A stretch of DNA of 55,446 nt, filler included, from Callorhinchus milii (GCF_018977255.1; 2 parts of 2 records of this genome joined end to end with filler, not necessarily neighbours in it), one strand, 5' to 3'. Positions 13,870-27,704 are shown, numbered from the whole stretch's first letter. Notes: a model not told the origin generated them from the sequence alone. A program made the numbers and translations.

Positions 13870-14309
13870 TGTTAGTATAAGAAAAGGTTAACAGAATAGA
13901 TGGCTCATATACAGCGACCTGTGAGTAGGACCCCTGACTATGGGACCCCTGACTGGAATGCAAGACTATGAAACATACTGATTGAGGAAGAATAGGGAGT
14001 ATGGACAAGGAGCTAGATAAGGAGGAAAACTAGTCTCAGTAGGTCACATAGACTAGTGGAAAAGTACCATCACGAGCAGATCACACCAACCAGTTGGGTA
14101 TAAATACAACGGACACACAAACAAAAGTTGAGCTCCACAGAATAAGAACTCCAGGTCACTGAGCTGAGTGCTGGACATCAGGTAAGACTGCTTATCTGTT
14201 AGTATATTCTGTTACATTGTTGAATAAACTGTCTTGATTGTACAACTCTGTATTCAGACCTTTATTGGTTAATAGCGAGGATCCAATCATGGTAAGAAAG
14301 AACCTGACA
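13870..14309 (+). mobile_element. Solo LTR (440 bp) inserted in the satellite
   Basis: Non-satellite island bounded by TGTTAG...CTGACA, with TATAAATA at ~14099, AATAAA at 14223 and an imperfect 4-bp TSD (GGGG/GAGG). Confidence 0.75.
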
Positions 14310-16000
14310 GAGGCCAGTTGGGGTAAGAACGGTGGAGTGAGGCCTAGTTGAGGTAAGAGTGAGGGAGTAGAGACTTGTTGGAGTAAGAATGCGTGAGTGG
14401 GGATTAGTTGGTTAAGAGAGGGGTAGTAGGGACTAGTTGGGGAAAGAGCCGGGGAGTGGCTATTAGATTAGTTGGTTAAGAGAGGTGGATTGGGGGCTAG
14501 TTGGGGTTAGAGCAGTGCAGTGGGGATTAGTTGGTTAAGGACGAGGGAGTGGGGACTAGTTGGGGTAAGAGTGGGGGCCTTTGGACTAGTTGGGTTAAAA
14601 GCGTGGATGTAGGGACTAGCTGGGGTAAGAGCAGGGGAATGGGGACTAGCTGGGTTAAGAGCAGGGGAATTGGTGCTAGTTGGAGTAAGAGTGTGGGAGT
14701 GGGTGCTAGTTGGGGTAAGAGCAGGGCAATAGTGATTAGTTGGGGTAAGAGTGCAGAAGTGGGGATTAGTTGGTTAAAAGTGGGGGAGTGGGGACTAGTT
14801 GGGTTAAGAGCGGTGGATTGGGAACTAGCTTTGGTAAGAACGGTGAGTGGGAATAAAATGGTTAAGAGCAGGGGAGTGGGGACCAGTTGGAGTTAGAGCA
14901 GTGGAGCAGGGATTAGTTGATAGAGAGCGTGGGAGCGGGGACTAGTGGAGGTAAGATCGGGGGGGGGGGGGGGGGGGGGGGGTGATGACTAGTTGGGTTT
15001 AGAGTGGGGGAGTGTGGATTAGTTGTTTAAGCGTGAGGGAGGGGGGACTAGTTGGGGTAAGAGTGGGCAAGTGGGGATTATCTGGGGTAGTAGTGGGGAT
15101 GTGGAGTCCATTTGGGGTAAGCATGGGCAGTGGAGATTAGTTGGTGTAAGAGAGTGAGTGAAGATTAGTTGGTTAAGAGTGTGGGAGTTGGGACTAGTTG
15201 TGGTAAGAATGTGGTAGTGCGGATTAGTTGGGGAAAGAGAGGGGGAGTGGGGATTAGTTGGTTAAGAGAGGGGGGGAGTGCGGACTAATTGGGGTTAGAG
15301 CCGGGGAGTGGGCATTAGTTGGTTAAGAGTGGTAAAGTGAGGACTAGCTGGAGTAAGAGCCCCGGCATGGGGCATTAATTGGGTAAAAGCGGGGATGTGT
15401 GGACTTGTTGGAGTAAGAGCGGGGAAGTGGGGACTAGTTGGTGCAAGAGCAGAGGAGTGGAGACTAAGTGGGGTAAGAGTGGGGTACTTGGGATTAGTTG
15501 GTTAAGAGGGGAGAAGTGTGGACTAGTTGGGGTAAGAGCAGAGGAGTGGGGACTAAGTGGGGTAAGAATGGGGTACTTGGGATTAGTTGGTTAAGAGGGG
15601 AGAAGTGTGGACTAGTTGGGGTAAGAGCAGAGGAGTGGGGAATAGTTGGGGTAAGAGTGGAGAAATGGGGAATAGATGGAATATGAGAGAGGGAGTGGGG
15701 ATTAGTTTGGGTGAGAGCAGGAGAGTGAGGCATGGTTGGGGTAAGAATGGGGAAGTCGGGGCTAGTTGGAGTAAGACCAGTGGAGTGAGGTCTAGTTGGG
15801 GTAAGAATGTGGTAGTGGGGATTAGTTAAGAGCGGAGGAGTGGGGTCTACTTGGGGAAAGTGCAGGAGAGTGGGGACTAGTTGGGGTTAGAGCGGGTGAG
15901 TGGGGATTAGTTGGTTAAGAGCAGGGGAGTGATGACTAGTTGGGTTAAGAGTGGGGGTGTGGGGATTATTTGGGGTAGTAGTGGGGATGTGGGGACTAGT

Positions 16001-17624
16001 TCCACTTTCTTGCCCCACATATCACCGACATTGTCAACCTGTCCCTCTCCTCTGGCTCTGTCCCCATTACCTTATAAACTGCCATCATCACGCCCACCTT
16101 GAAAAAACCCTCCCTTGATGCGTCGCAGCTATCAAGCTAGCGGCCCATCTCCAACCTCCCCTTTCTCTCCAAGGTCCTGGAAAGGGTTGTGGCCTCCCAA
16201 CTGCGCTCTTTCCTTTCCACCCATTCACTTTTGGAACCCCTTCAGTCAGGTTTCCGTGCTGCCCATAGCACAGAAACTGCCCTGGTCAAGGTCACCAATG
16301 ATATCCTGACCATCTGTGACCAGGGCTCCCTCTGCCTCCTCGTCCTCCTCGACCTATCGGCAGCATTCGATACGGTCGACCACGCTATCCTACTCCACCG
16401 CTTGTCCTCCCACCTCAACCTTCAAGGCACTGTCCTTGAGTGGTTTAGGTCGTACCTTTCTCACCGTCTTCACTTCGTCTCAACGAATGGCTTCTCCTCC
16501 ACCCCCCGCACTGTCTCATGTGGTGTCCCTCAGGGCTCTGTCCTTGGTCCCCTCCTCTTCACCCTCTATATGCTCCCCCTTGGTGACATCATCCGCAGAC
16601 ATGGAGTTAACTTCCACATGTATGCGGATGACACCCAACTCTACCTTTCCTCCTCTACTCTCAACTCCACGACCACCGATGTCCTGACAGCTGTCTGTCC
16701 GACATCGAGTCCTGGACGAGAGACAACTTTCTTCAGCTCAACGTGCAAAAAACCGAGGCCCTCCTGATTGGCTCACGTCAGCGCCTCCGCACCTCAGGCA
16801 CTGACACCATCAGCATCCAAGGCTGCACTCTCCACTTCTCAAAGCCAGTCAGGAACCTCGGCGTTTTGTTCGACCCTGAGCTGTCCTTTCACCCTCACAT
16901 CCGCACCACAACAGGCACCGCCTTCCATCACCTCCGGAACATCGCCAGACTACGGCATTACCTCACCCCTCACGCGGCTGAAACCCTGGTTCACGCCTTT
17001 GTCACCTCAAGGCTGGACTATGGGAACTCTCTCCTCGCCGGCCTTCCCGGCCCTCCCTCCACACTGCAGGTCATTCAGAACTCTGCAGCTCATGGACTGT
17101 CCCGCACCAGACACCGCGACCACATCACTCCCACCCTCGCTCGCCTCCACTGTCTCCCCATCCCCCAGAGGATTGATTTCAAGATCCTCATCCTCACCTA
17201 CAAGGCCATTCACGGCCTCGCTCCCTCCTACCTCTCCGACCTACTATCCCCCTACCTACCTGCCCGTACCCTCCGTTCCTCCGGCTCCGGTGTGCTCCAC
17301 GTCCCCCGCCCCAATCGCCCTACCATCGGTGGTCGGGTCTTCAGCCTCTCAGCCCCGAGGCTCTGGAACTCTATCCCCCAGTGCCTTCGCCGCTTCCTCC
17401 CTCTCCTCCTTCAAGGCCGGTCTCAAAACCTTTCTCTTTGACCGAGCCTTCAGCTCCACTCTCAACTCTCTTCCCCCTCCTCGCTCCCTCCCTTCCCTCC
17501 CCTCACCCTGACCATTTCCCCCCAATGCTCGGGTCATGACCCAACTGTGCAGCACCTTGGGACGTCCTCCTGACGTGAAAGGCGCTTTATAAATGGAATC
17601 TTGTTGTTGTTGTTGTTGTTGTTG
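16001..17624 (+). mobile_element. 5'-truncated L2 LINE, reverse transcriptase pseudogene with frameshifts
   Basis: ORFs 16189-16767 and 16743-17441: [68 protein letters not shown]; ends in (TTG)n. Confidence 0.95.
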
Positions 17625-17777
17625 GTGAAAACGCTCCTAACATAAACAAACATTTTCGCAAGGGAATCCCTTGAAAGTCACACAGATCATAAAACATCAG
17701 CTCTTACGTAATCCCAGGTTTGACCTGAAGGCTCACAATTTTGGGTGCTGCATTGGGGATTCCCAAAAGAACATATT

Positions 17778-17953
17778 GCCTTCAGCTCCCCTCTCGACTC
17801 TCTACCCCCTCCTCGCTCCCTCCCTTCCCTTCCCTCACCCTGACCATTTCCCCCCTGCTCGGGTCCTGACCCAACTGTACAGCGTCTTGGGACATCCTCC
17901 TGACGTGAAAGGCGCTCTATAAATGGAATCTTGTTGTAGTTGTTGTTGTAGTT
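17778..17953 (+). mobile_element. Second L2 3'-UTR/tail copy
   Basis: Near-duplicate of 17446-17624 (GCCTTCAGCTCC...CCTGACGTGAAAGGCGCT...AATGGAATCTTGTTG). Confidence 0.88.
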
Positions 17954-18514
17954 GAGGTAAGAGGGGGGGGAGTGGGTACAAGTTGGAGTAAGAGTGGGGG
18001 AATGGGATTATTTGGTAAGAGCTGGGGGAGTGGAGATAAATTAAGAGCAGGGGAGTGGGGATAAGTTGCTTAATAGAGGCAGAGTGTGGACCAGTTGGAG
18101 TTAGAGTGGGGGAATGGGGAATAGTTGCTTAAGAGTTGGGGCATTGGGGACTAGTTGGGATAAGAGCAGGGGAATGAGGAATAGATGGGGTAAGAGCGAG
18201 GGAGTGGGGATTACTTGGGGTAAGAGCGGGGCAGTGAAGCCTGGTTGGGATAAGAGTGGGGCAGTGGGTGCCAGTTGGGGTAAGTACGGTGGAGTGAGGC
18301 CTAGTGGAGTAAGAGCGAGGGAGAGGGGACTTCTTGGTTTAGGAGTGGGGGAGTTGGGACAAGTTGGTGTAAGAGCGGGGGAGCGGGGATTATTTTGTGT
18401 AAGAGCGGGGGAGTGGGGCTAGTTAGGGTAAGAGTGGGACTGTGGCAACCAGGTAAAGGTTGCGGTAAAGTGTCGGTGGGGGGATTAGTTAAGAGCCGAG
18501 GAATGGGGACTAGG

Positions 18515-20730
18515 ATCATAGATCATAGAATCATAGAATGTTACGGTACAGAAGGAGGCCATTCAGCCCATCGAGTCTGTGCGGCTCTTTGACAGAGCAA
18601 CTGACTTTTATTAACCCCACTCACCAGCTTTCTCCCCATATCCCTGCAAACCCTTCTTCCCCATAACCCCACAAACCCGTCTTCCCCAGATACCTGTCCA
18701 GTTCTCTTTTAAAAGCTGTTATGGAATCGGACTTCACTGCCCTTTCGGGCGGATCATTCCAATTTCCAACAACTCGCTGAGTGAAAACATTTCTTCTAAC
18801 CTCCCCTCTGCTTCTTTTGGTAGATATCTTAAGACTGTGACCACGAGTCACAGACACACCCTATCTCGCCTGTCGAAACCTTTCATGATCTTGAAGACCT
18901 CTATCAGGTCCCCGCGTAACCTTCTCTGCTCTAATAGGAAAAGTCCTAACTTCTCCACTGTCCTCATAGCTAAGCTTCCCCATTCCTGGTATCATTCTCG
19001 TGAATCTCCTCTGCACCCTCTCCAGTGCCTTAATATCCTTCCTGAGGTAAGGTGCCCAGACCTGGACGCAGTACTCCAACTGAGGTCTAACCAGTGTTTT
19101 GTACAGATTAACCATAACCCCTACTCTTATACTCTATGTCCCTACTAATGAAGCTCAGTACACCAAATGCCTTTTTTACTGCCCTATCTACCTGCTCCGC
19201 TACCTTCAATGAATCGCTTACTTGAATGCCCAAATCTCTCTGTACATTCAGCCCCTTAAGATTCAGCTCCCAAGTCTATATTGCCTCCCATCATTTTTCC
19301 TCCCTAAGTGTATCACCTACACTTATCTACATTGAAATCCATCGGCCACATGTCAGCCCATCCCACCATTCTGTGTATGTCTGCCTGCAGTCCGTCACAA
19401 TTTTCTTCACTATTTACTACCTATCATCTGCAAACTTGGAAATAATGCTCTCTATGCCCAAGTCCAGATCATTAATATATATTAGAAAGAGCAGTGGTCC
19501 CAATACCGATCCCTGGGGACACCGCTGCACACCTCCTTCCATTGCGAGAAACACCCATTAACCACCACCCTCTGCATTATGTCATTCAGCCAATTCCTAA
19601 TCCAAACGGCTACTGTCCCCTTAATACTGTGGGCCTCCAGGTTTTTAATTAACCTCTTATGCGGTACAGTGTCAAAAGCCTTTTTAAAATCCATGTAAAT
19701 AATGTCCACCGCATTTCCCTCATCAACCCTTGTAGTCACCTCTTCAAAATATTCTATTAGATTTGTTAGGCAAGATTTGCCTTTAACAAATCCATGTTGG
19801 GGGTCTCTAATTACCTCGTGTTCCTCTAAGTAGAGATTTATTTTGTCCTGGATTACGGTCTCCAGTAGCTTTCCTGTTACCGAAGTTAGGCTGACTGGCC
19901 TGTAATGTCCGGGCTTGTCTTTCTGCCTCTTTTTATAGAGTGGGGTAACATTAGCTACTCTCCAGTCTCTTGGCACCACTCCTGTGTCCAGTGACAATTG
20001 AAATATAATGGCCAAAGCCTCTGCTACTTGAACCCGTATCTTCCACAGGAACCTTGGGTGAAACCCATCTGGTCCTGGTGACTTACCAATTTTGAGCCCA
20101 GTCAATCTTTTCAGAACTTCCTCTCTGTCTATAGTAATCTGATCTGTTTCCTCTGCCCTCTCATCCAATACTGCGGCATTTGGGGCATCCGTTTCCGTTG
20201 TGAAGACAGATGCAAAGTACTCGTTTAGTACATCAGCCATCCCTCTGCCTCCACAACAAGATTGCCGTCATTGTCTTTGATTGGCCCCACCCTACCTTTA
20301 ACTAACCTTTTTTCCTTTATGGGCTTATAAAATATTTTGGGATTCCCCTTTATGTTACCCGCTAACCTCTTCTCATGCCTGTCTTATCGCTCTTTTAAGA
20401 TCACTCCTGCATTCTCTATAATGCGCTTTGCTATCCTCAGTGTCTTGCATCCGCCTATTGTCATACGCCATCTTCTTCTTTTTCATCCTAGACAGAATAT
20501 CCCTGGTCATCCAGGCTGGCTTGGTTCTCGCACATTTCCCTTTTGTGGGAATATATCTATTTAGACCCTGAGCTATCGTATCTTTGAAGATTTCCCATTG
20601 CTCATGAGTCGTTTTACCTGCCATTCTTACTTGCCAGTCCACCAACTCTAGGTCCCTCTTTAGCCCATCAAAATTAGCCCTTTTCCAGTCAAGCATTTTC
20701 ACCCTTGACTGTACTTTGTCCTTGTTCATG
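18515..20730 (-). mobile_element. CR1 LINE fragment (ORF2 RT region plus 3' end), degenerate
   Basis: Minus-strand peptides KSPGPDGFHPR, YRPVSLTSVTGKLLE, QHGFVKGKSCLTNL, YMDFKKAFDTVPH, LYKTLVRPQLEYCVQVWAP, LERVQRRFTRMI, TRGHSLK, FTQRVVGNWN; (ATTCTATG)n-type CR1 tail at 18515-18540. Confidence 0.95.
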
Positions 20731-21130
20731 AATAACCCAACTAGTCCCCACTACCCCGCACTTAGAGAAAATAGTCCCCACTCTCCCGCTCTTAACGAAC
20801 ACAAGTTGGGGTAAGCGAGGGGGATTGTGGACAAGTTGGGGTAAGAGCAGGGAAGTGGGGTCTAGTTGGAGTAAGTGCGGGGAAGTGGGGTCTAGTTGGT
20901 GCAAGAGCGGGGGAGTGGGGAATTGTCGGGGTAAGAGCGGGAGAGTAGGGTTTAGTTGGGGTAAGAGCGGGAGAGTAGTGACCAGTTGTGGTAAGAGCGG
21001 GAGAGTGGGGATTGGTTGGGCTAAGAGCGGGAGAGTGGTGCCTAGTTGTGGTAAGAGCGGGAAAGTGGTGATTAGTTATGGTAATAGCGGAAGAGTGGTG
21101 ATTAGTTCGGGTAAGAGCGAGGGAGTTGGC

Positions 21131-24100
21131 CTAACTAACCCCACTCCCCCTTCTAACCCAACTAACGCCACTCCCCCGCTCTAACCCCAACTAACCCCAC
21201 TCCCCGCTCTAACCCAACTAGCCCCACTCCCTGCTCTAACCCCAACTAGCCCACACTACCCCGCTCTTACCCCAACTAACCCCACTCCCCGCTCTAGCCC
21301 AAATAACCCCCCTTCCCCGCTCTAACCCCAACTATCCCCACTCCCCACTCTAACCCCAACTGCCCCACTCTAACCCCAACTAGCCCCACTCCCCCGCTCT
21401 AACCCCAACTAGCCCACACTACGCCACTCTAACCCCAACTAAACCACTCCCCCGCTCTAACCCCAACTACCCCACTCCCCGCTCTAACCCCAACTAGCCC
21501 CACTCCCCCGCTCTAACCCCAACTAACCCCACTCCCCCGCTCTAACCCCAACTAGCCCCACTCCCCCGCTCTAACCCCAACTAGCCCCACTCCCCCGCTC
21601 TAACCCCAACTAGCCCACACTCTCCCCGCTCTTACCCCAACTAGCCCCACTCCCCCGCTCTTAACCCAACTAGTCCCCACTCCCCCGCTCTAACCCCAAC
21701 AAGCCCACTCCCGCTCTTACCCCAACTAGCCCCACTCCCCCGCTCTAACCCCAACTAGCCCCACTCCCCCGCTCTTCCCAACTAGCTCCCCTCCCCCGCT
21801 CTTACCCCAACTAGTCCCCACTCCCCCGCTCTAACCCCAACTAGCCCACACTCTCCCGCTCTTACCCCAACTAGCCCCACTCCCCGCTCTATACCAACTA
21901 ATCCCCACTCCCCCGCTCTACCCCAACTAGCCCCACTATCCCGCTCTAACCCCAACTAGCCCCACTCCCCCGCTCTTACCCCAACTAGCCCCCTCCCCCG
22001 CTCTACCCCAACTAGTCCCCCCTCCCCGCTCTAACCCCAACTAGCCCACTCCCCCGCTCTAACCCCAACTAGCCCCACTCCCCGCTCTAACCCCAACTAC
22101 CCACACTACCCCGCGCTTTACCCCAACTAGTCCCCACTCCCCCGCTCTACCCCAACTAGTCCCACTCCCCCGCTCTTACACCAACTAGCCCCACTCCCAC
22201 GCTCTAACCCCAACTAGCCCCACTCCCCCGCTCTAACCCCAACTAGCCCACAATATCCCGCTCTAACCCCAACTAGCCCACACTACCCCGCTCTTACCCA
22301 ACTAGCCCCACTCCCCCGCTCTAACCCCAACTAACCCCACTCCCCGCTCTAACCCCAACTAGCCCACTCCCCCGCTCTAACCCCAACTAGCCCCACACTA
22401 CCCCGCTCTTACCCCAACTAGCCCCACTCCCCCGCTCTTAACCCCAACTAACCCCCACTCCCCCGCTCTAACCCCAACTAGCCCCACTCCCCCGCTCTAA
22501 CCCAACTAGCCCCACTCCCCCGCTCTAACCCCAACTAGCCCACACTCCCCCGCTTTACCCCAACTAGCCCCACTCCCCCGCTCTAACCCCAACTAGCCCC
22601 ACTCCCCGCTCTAACCCCAACTAGCCCCACTCCCCCGCTCTTACCCCAACTAGCTCCACTCTCCCCGCTCTTAACCCAACTAGCCCACTCCCCCGCTCTA
22701 ACCCCAACTAGCCCACACTATCCCGCTCTTACCCCAACTAGCCCCACTCCCCCGCTCTAACCCCAACTAGCCCACTCCCCCCGCTCTACCCCAACTAGCC
22801 CCACTCCCCCGCTCTTACCCCAACTAGTCCCACCCCCCCGCTCTAACCCAACTAGCCCACACTCCCGCTCTAACCCCAACTAGCCCCACTCCCCCGCTCT
22901 AACCCAACTAGTCCCACTCCCCCGCTCTTACCCCAATCTATCCCACTCCCCGCTCTTACCCCAACTAGCCCCACTCCCCCGCTCTAACCCCAACTAGCCC
23001 ACACTCCCCCGCTTTTACCCCAACTAGCCCCACTCCCCCGCTCTAACCCCAACTAGCCCCACTCCCCCGCTCTAACCCCAACTAGCCCCACTCCCGCTCT
23101 AACCCCAACTAGCCCCATTACCTGCTCTTACACAACTAGCCCCACTCCCCCGCCTTACCCAACTAGCCCCACTCCCCCGCTCTAACACCAACTTGCCCCA
23201 CTCCCCGCTCTTACCCCAACTAGCCCCACTCCCCGCTCTAACCCCAACTACCCCACTCCCCCGCTCTTACCCCAACTAGCCCCACTCCCCCGCTCTAACC
23301 CCAACTAGCCCCACTCCCCCGCTCTAACCCAACTAACCCCACTCCCCCGCTAACCCCAACTAACCCCACTCCCCCGCTCTAACCCCAAATAGCCCCACTC
23401 CCCCGCTCTAACCCCAACTAGCCCACACTACCCGCTCTTAACCACAACTACCCACTCCCCCGCTCTAACCCCAACTAACCCCACTCCCCCGCTCTAACCC
23501 CAACTAGCCCCACTCCCCCGCTCTAACCCCAACTAGCCCCACTCCCCTGCTCTAACCCCAACTAGTCCCCACTCCCCCGCTCTTACCCCAACTAGCCCCA
23601 CTCCCCAGCTCTAACCCCAACTAGCCCCACTCCCCGCTCTAACCCCAACTAGCCACACTCCCCCGCTCTAACCCCAACTAACCCCACTCCCCCGCTCTAG
23701 CCCAAATAACCCCACTCCCCCGCTCTAACCCCAACTACCCCACCCCCCGCTCTAACCCCAACTAGCCCCACTCCCCCGCTCTAACCCCAACTAGCCCCAC
23801 TCCCCCGCTCTAACCCCAACTAACCCCACTCCCCCGCTCTAACCCCAACTAACCCACTCCCCCGCTCTTACCCCAACTAGCCCCACTCCCCCGCTCTTAC
23901 CCCAACTAGTCTCCCCTCCCCCGCTCTTAACCCAACTAGTCCCCACTCCCCCGCTCTAACCCCAACTAGCCCCACTCCCCCGCTCTACCCCAACTAGCCC
24001 ACTCCCCCGTCTTACCCCAACTAGTCCCACTCCCACGCTCTTACCCCAACTACCCCCCACTCCCCCTTTACCCCAAGTAGTCTCCCCTCCGCCGCTCTTA

Positions 24101-27100
24101 ACCAAACTAGTCCCCACTCCCGCCGCTCTAACCCCAATTAGCCCACACTATCCCGTTCTTACCCCAACTAGTCCCACTCCCCCGCTCTACCCCAACTAGT
24201 CCCCACTCCCGCTCTTACTCCAACTACCCTCCCCGCTCTAACCCCAACTAGCCACTCCCCCGCTAACCCAACTAGCCCCATTACCCGCTCTTACCCCAAC
24301 TAGTCCCCACTACCCCGCTCTTACCCCAACTAGTCCCCACTCCCCCGCTCTAACCCCAACTAGCCCCACTCCCCCGCTCTTACCCAACTAGCCCCACTCC
24401 CCCGCTCTAACCCCAACTAGCCCCACTCCCCCGCTCTTAACCCAACTAGCCCCACTACCCCGCTCTTACCCCAACTATCCCCACTCCCCCGCTCTAACCC
24501 CAACTAGCCCACACTACCCCGCTCTAACCCCAACTAGCCCCACTCCCCCGCTCTAACCCCAACTAGCCCCACTCCCCCGCTCTAACCCCAACTAGCCCAC
24601 ACTACCCCGCTCTTACCCCAACTAGCCCCACTCCCCCGCTCTTACCCCAACTATCCCCACTCCCCTGCTCGAACCCCAACTAAGGCCCCACTCCCCTGCT
24701 CTAACCCCAACTAGACCCCACTCCCCCGTCTAACCCCCAACTAGCCCCACTCGCCCCCTCTAACCCCAACTAGTCCCACTCCCCGCTCTTAACCCAACTG
24801 AGTCCCCACTCCCCCGCTCTAACCCCAACTAGCCCCACTCCCCGCTCTAACCCAACTAATCCCCACTCCCCGACTCTAACCCCAACTAGACCCCACTCCC
24901 CCGCTCTAACCCCAACTAGCCCCACTCCACCCGCTCTAACCCCAACTAGTCCCACTCCCCCGCTCTTACACCAACTAACCCCACTCCCCCGCTCTACCCA
25001 CTAATACCCCACTCCCCCGCTCTAACCCCAACTAGCCCCCATCCCCCGCTCTACCCCAACTAGCCCCACTCCCCCGCTCTAACCCCAACTAGCCCACAAT
25101 ATCCCGCTCTTACCCCAACTAGCCCCACTCCCCCGCTCTTACCCCAACTAGCCCCACTCCCCCGCTCTAACCCCAACTAGTCCCCCCTCCCCCGCTCTTA
25201 ACCCAACTAGTCCCCACTCCCCCGCTCTAACCCCAACTAGCCCACACTATCCCGCTCTTACCCCAACTAGTCCCCACTCCCCACGCTCTTACCCCAACTA
25301 GTCCCCACTCCCCCGCTCTTACTCCAACTAGCTCCCCTCCCCCGCTCTTAACCCAACTAGCCCCACTCCCCTGCTCTAACCCCAACTAGTCCCCATTACC
25401 CTGCTCTTACACCAACTAGTCCCCACTACCCCGCTCTTACCCCAACTAGCCCCCACTACCCCGCTCTTACCCCAACTAGTCCCCACTCCCCCGCTCTAAC
25501 CCCAACTAGCCCCACTCCCCTGCTCTAACCCCAACTAGTCCACACTACCCTCCTCTAACCCAATCTAGCCCACACTATCCCGTTCTTACCACAACTAGCC
25601 ACACTCCACCGCTCTAACCCCAACTAACCCCATTCCCCCGCTCTAACCCCAACTAACCCCACTCCCCCGCTCTAACCCCAACTAGCCCACACTACCCCGC
25701 TCTTACCACAACTAGCCCCACTCCCCCGCTCTAACCCCAACTAGTCCCCACTCCCCACGCTCTTACCCCAACTAGTCCCCACTCCCCCGCTCTTACTCCA
25801 AGTAGTCTCCCCTCCCCCGCTCTTAACCCAACTAGTCCCCACTCCCCCGCTCTAACCCTAACTAGTCCCCATTACCCTGCTCTTACACCAACTAGTCCCC
25901 ACTACCCCGCTCTTACCCCAACTAGTCCCCACTCCCCCGCTCTAACCCCAACTAGCCCACACTATCCCGCTTTTACCCCAACTAGTCCCCACTCCCCCGC
26001 TCTTACCCCAACTAGCCCCACTCCCCCGCTCTTACCCAACTAGCTCCACTCCCCGCTCTAACCCAACTAGCCCCACTCCCCTGCTCTAACCCCAACTAGC
26101 CCACACTACCCCGCTCTAACCCCAACTAGCCCCACTCCCCCGCTCTAACCCCAACAAGCCCACACTACCCCGCTCTAACCCCAACTAGCCCCACTCACCC
26201 GCTCTAACCCCAACTAGCCCAAACTCCCCCCGCTCTTATCCCAAACAGTCCCCACTCCCCCGCTCTCACCCCATCTAGCCCACACTACCCCGCTCTTACC
26301 ACAACTAGCCCCACTTCCCCGCTCTAACCCCAATTAGCCCACACTCCCCCGCTCTTACCCCAACTAGTCCCCACTCCCCCGCTCTAACCCCAACTAGCCC
26401 ACACTACCCCGCTCTTACCGAAAATAGTCGCCACTCCCCCGCTCTAACCCCAACCAGCCCACACTCCCCCGCTCTAACCCCAACTTTTCCCCACTCCCCC
26501 GCTCTTACCCCAACTAGGCCCCACTCCCCACGCTCTTACCCCATCTATTCCCCACTCCCCCGCTTTTGCCCCAACTAGTACCCACTCACCCTCTTACCCC
26601 AACTAGTCACATGTCTCCTGCTCTTATCTCAACTAATCCCCACTCTCCAGCTCTTACACCAACTAGTTCCCACTTCCCTGCACTTACCCCAATTTGTCCC
26701 CACACCCCCTCTCTTAACCAACTGGGCACCACTCACCCGCTCTTACACCAAGTGGTCCCACTCTCCTGCTTTTAATCCAACAAGACACCACTCCCTCGCT
26801 CTTACCCCAACTAGCCACCACACCCCGCTCTTGCCGAAAATAGTCCCCACTCTCCTGCTCTTACCCCAACTCGTCCCCACTCCACCGTTCTTGCAGAAAA
26901 TAGTCCCCATTCTCCCCCTCTTACCCCAACTAGTCCCCACTACCGCGCTCTTGCCAAATAGTCCCCACTCTCCGACTCTTAACCCTACTACGCTCCACTC
27001 CCCCGCTCTTACCCCAACTAGTTCCCACTTTCCCGTACATACTCCAACAAGACCCAACTTCCCCACACTTAAACCAACTAGTCCCCACTCCTCCACTCTT

Positions 27101-27704
27101 ACACCAACAAGTCACCATTCCCCCTCTTACCCCAATTAGTCACCCGTCTCTCGCTCTTACCCCAACTGATCCCTACACTCCCACTTTTACCCCAACTAGT
27201 CCCCACTATCCCGCTCTTACCCCAACTAGTCCCCACTACCCCGCTCTTGCCGAAAATACTCCCCACTCTCCTGATCTTACCCAACTAGTCCCCAATCCCC
27301 AGCTCTTGCAGAAAATAGTCCTCACTCTCGCGCTCCTAACCCAACTAGTCCTCACTCCCCTGCTCTGGCCAAAACTAGTCCCCACTCTCCCGCTCTTACC
27401 CCAACTAGTCCCCACTCCGGCGTTCTTGCCGAATTGTCTCCACTCTCCCACTCTTACCTCAACTAGTCCACATTCCCGCGCACCTGACGGATAGTTCCCA
27501 CTCTCTGGCTCTTACCCCAACTAGTCCCCACTCCCCTGTTCTTGCCGAATTAGTCCCCACTCTTCCGTTTTTAATCCAACTAGTCCCCACTACCCCGCAC
27601 TTACCGAAAACAGTCCCCACTCTCCCGTTCTTAACAACCTAGTCCCCACTCCCCCGTTCTTGCAGAAAATAGTTCCCACTCTCCCGCTCTTACCCCAATG
27701 AGTC
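21131..27704 (-). repeat. Same ~30-bp satellite in inverted (C-strand) orientation, more homogeneous
   Basis: Units ~CCCCACTCCCCCGCTCTAACCCCAACTAG, the reverse complement of the left array consensus. Confidence 0.95.

Larger units (their letters stand above)
1..21130 (+). repeat. Diverged ~30-bp G-rich tandem satellite, G-strand orientation, interrupted by retroelements
   Basis: Hundreds of imperfect copies of ~GGGGGAGTGGGGACTAGTTGGGGTAAGAGC, three G-tracts per unit. It produces the repetitive 'GEWGLVGVRA' and 'TSWGKSG' pseudo-ORFs. Confidence 0.95.

Noticed and set aside
14959..14982. G24 homopolymer
   Set aside because: Probably slippage or a sequencing artefact within the G-rich satellite.
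16189..17441. Functional reverse transcriptase gene
   Set aside because: 5'-truncated, no endonuclease domain, several frameshifts.
21131..26400. True telomere array
   Set aside because: No (CCCTAA)n run; TAACCC occurs only inside the 30-bp unit.
1..27704. Dozens of 60-160 aa ORFs (GEWGLVGVR, PTSPHSP, LLPQLVP types)
   Set aside because: They are translations of the 30-bp satellite, whose unit length is a multiple of 3.
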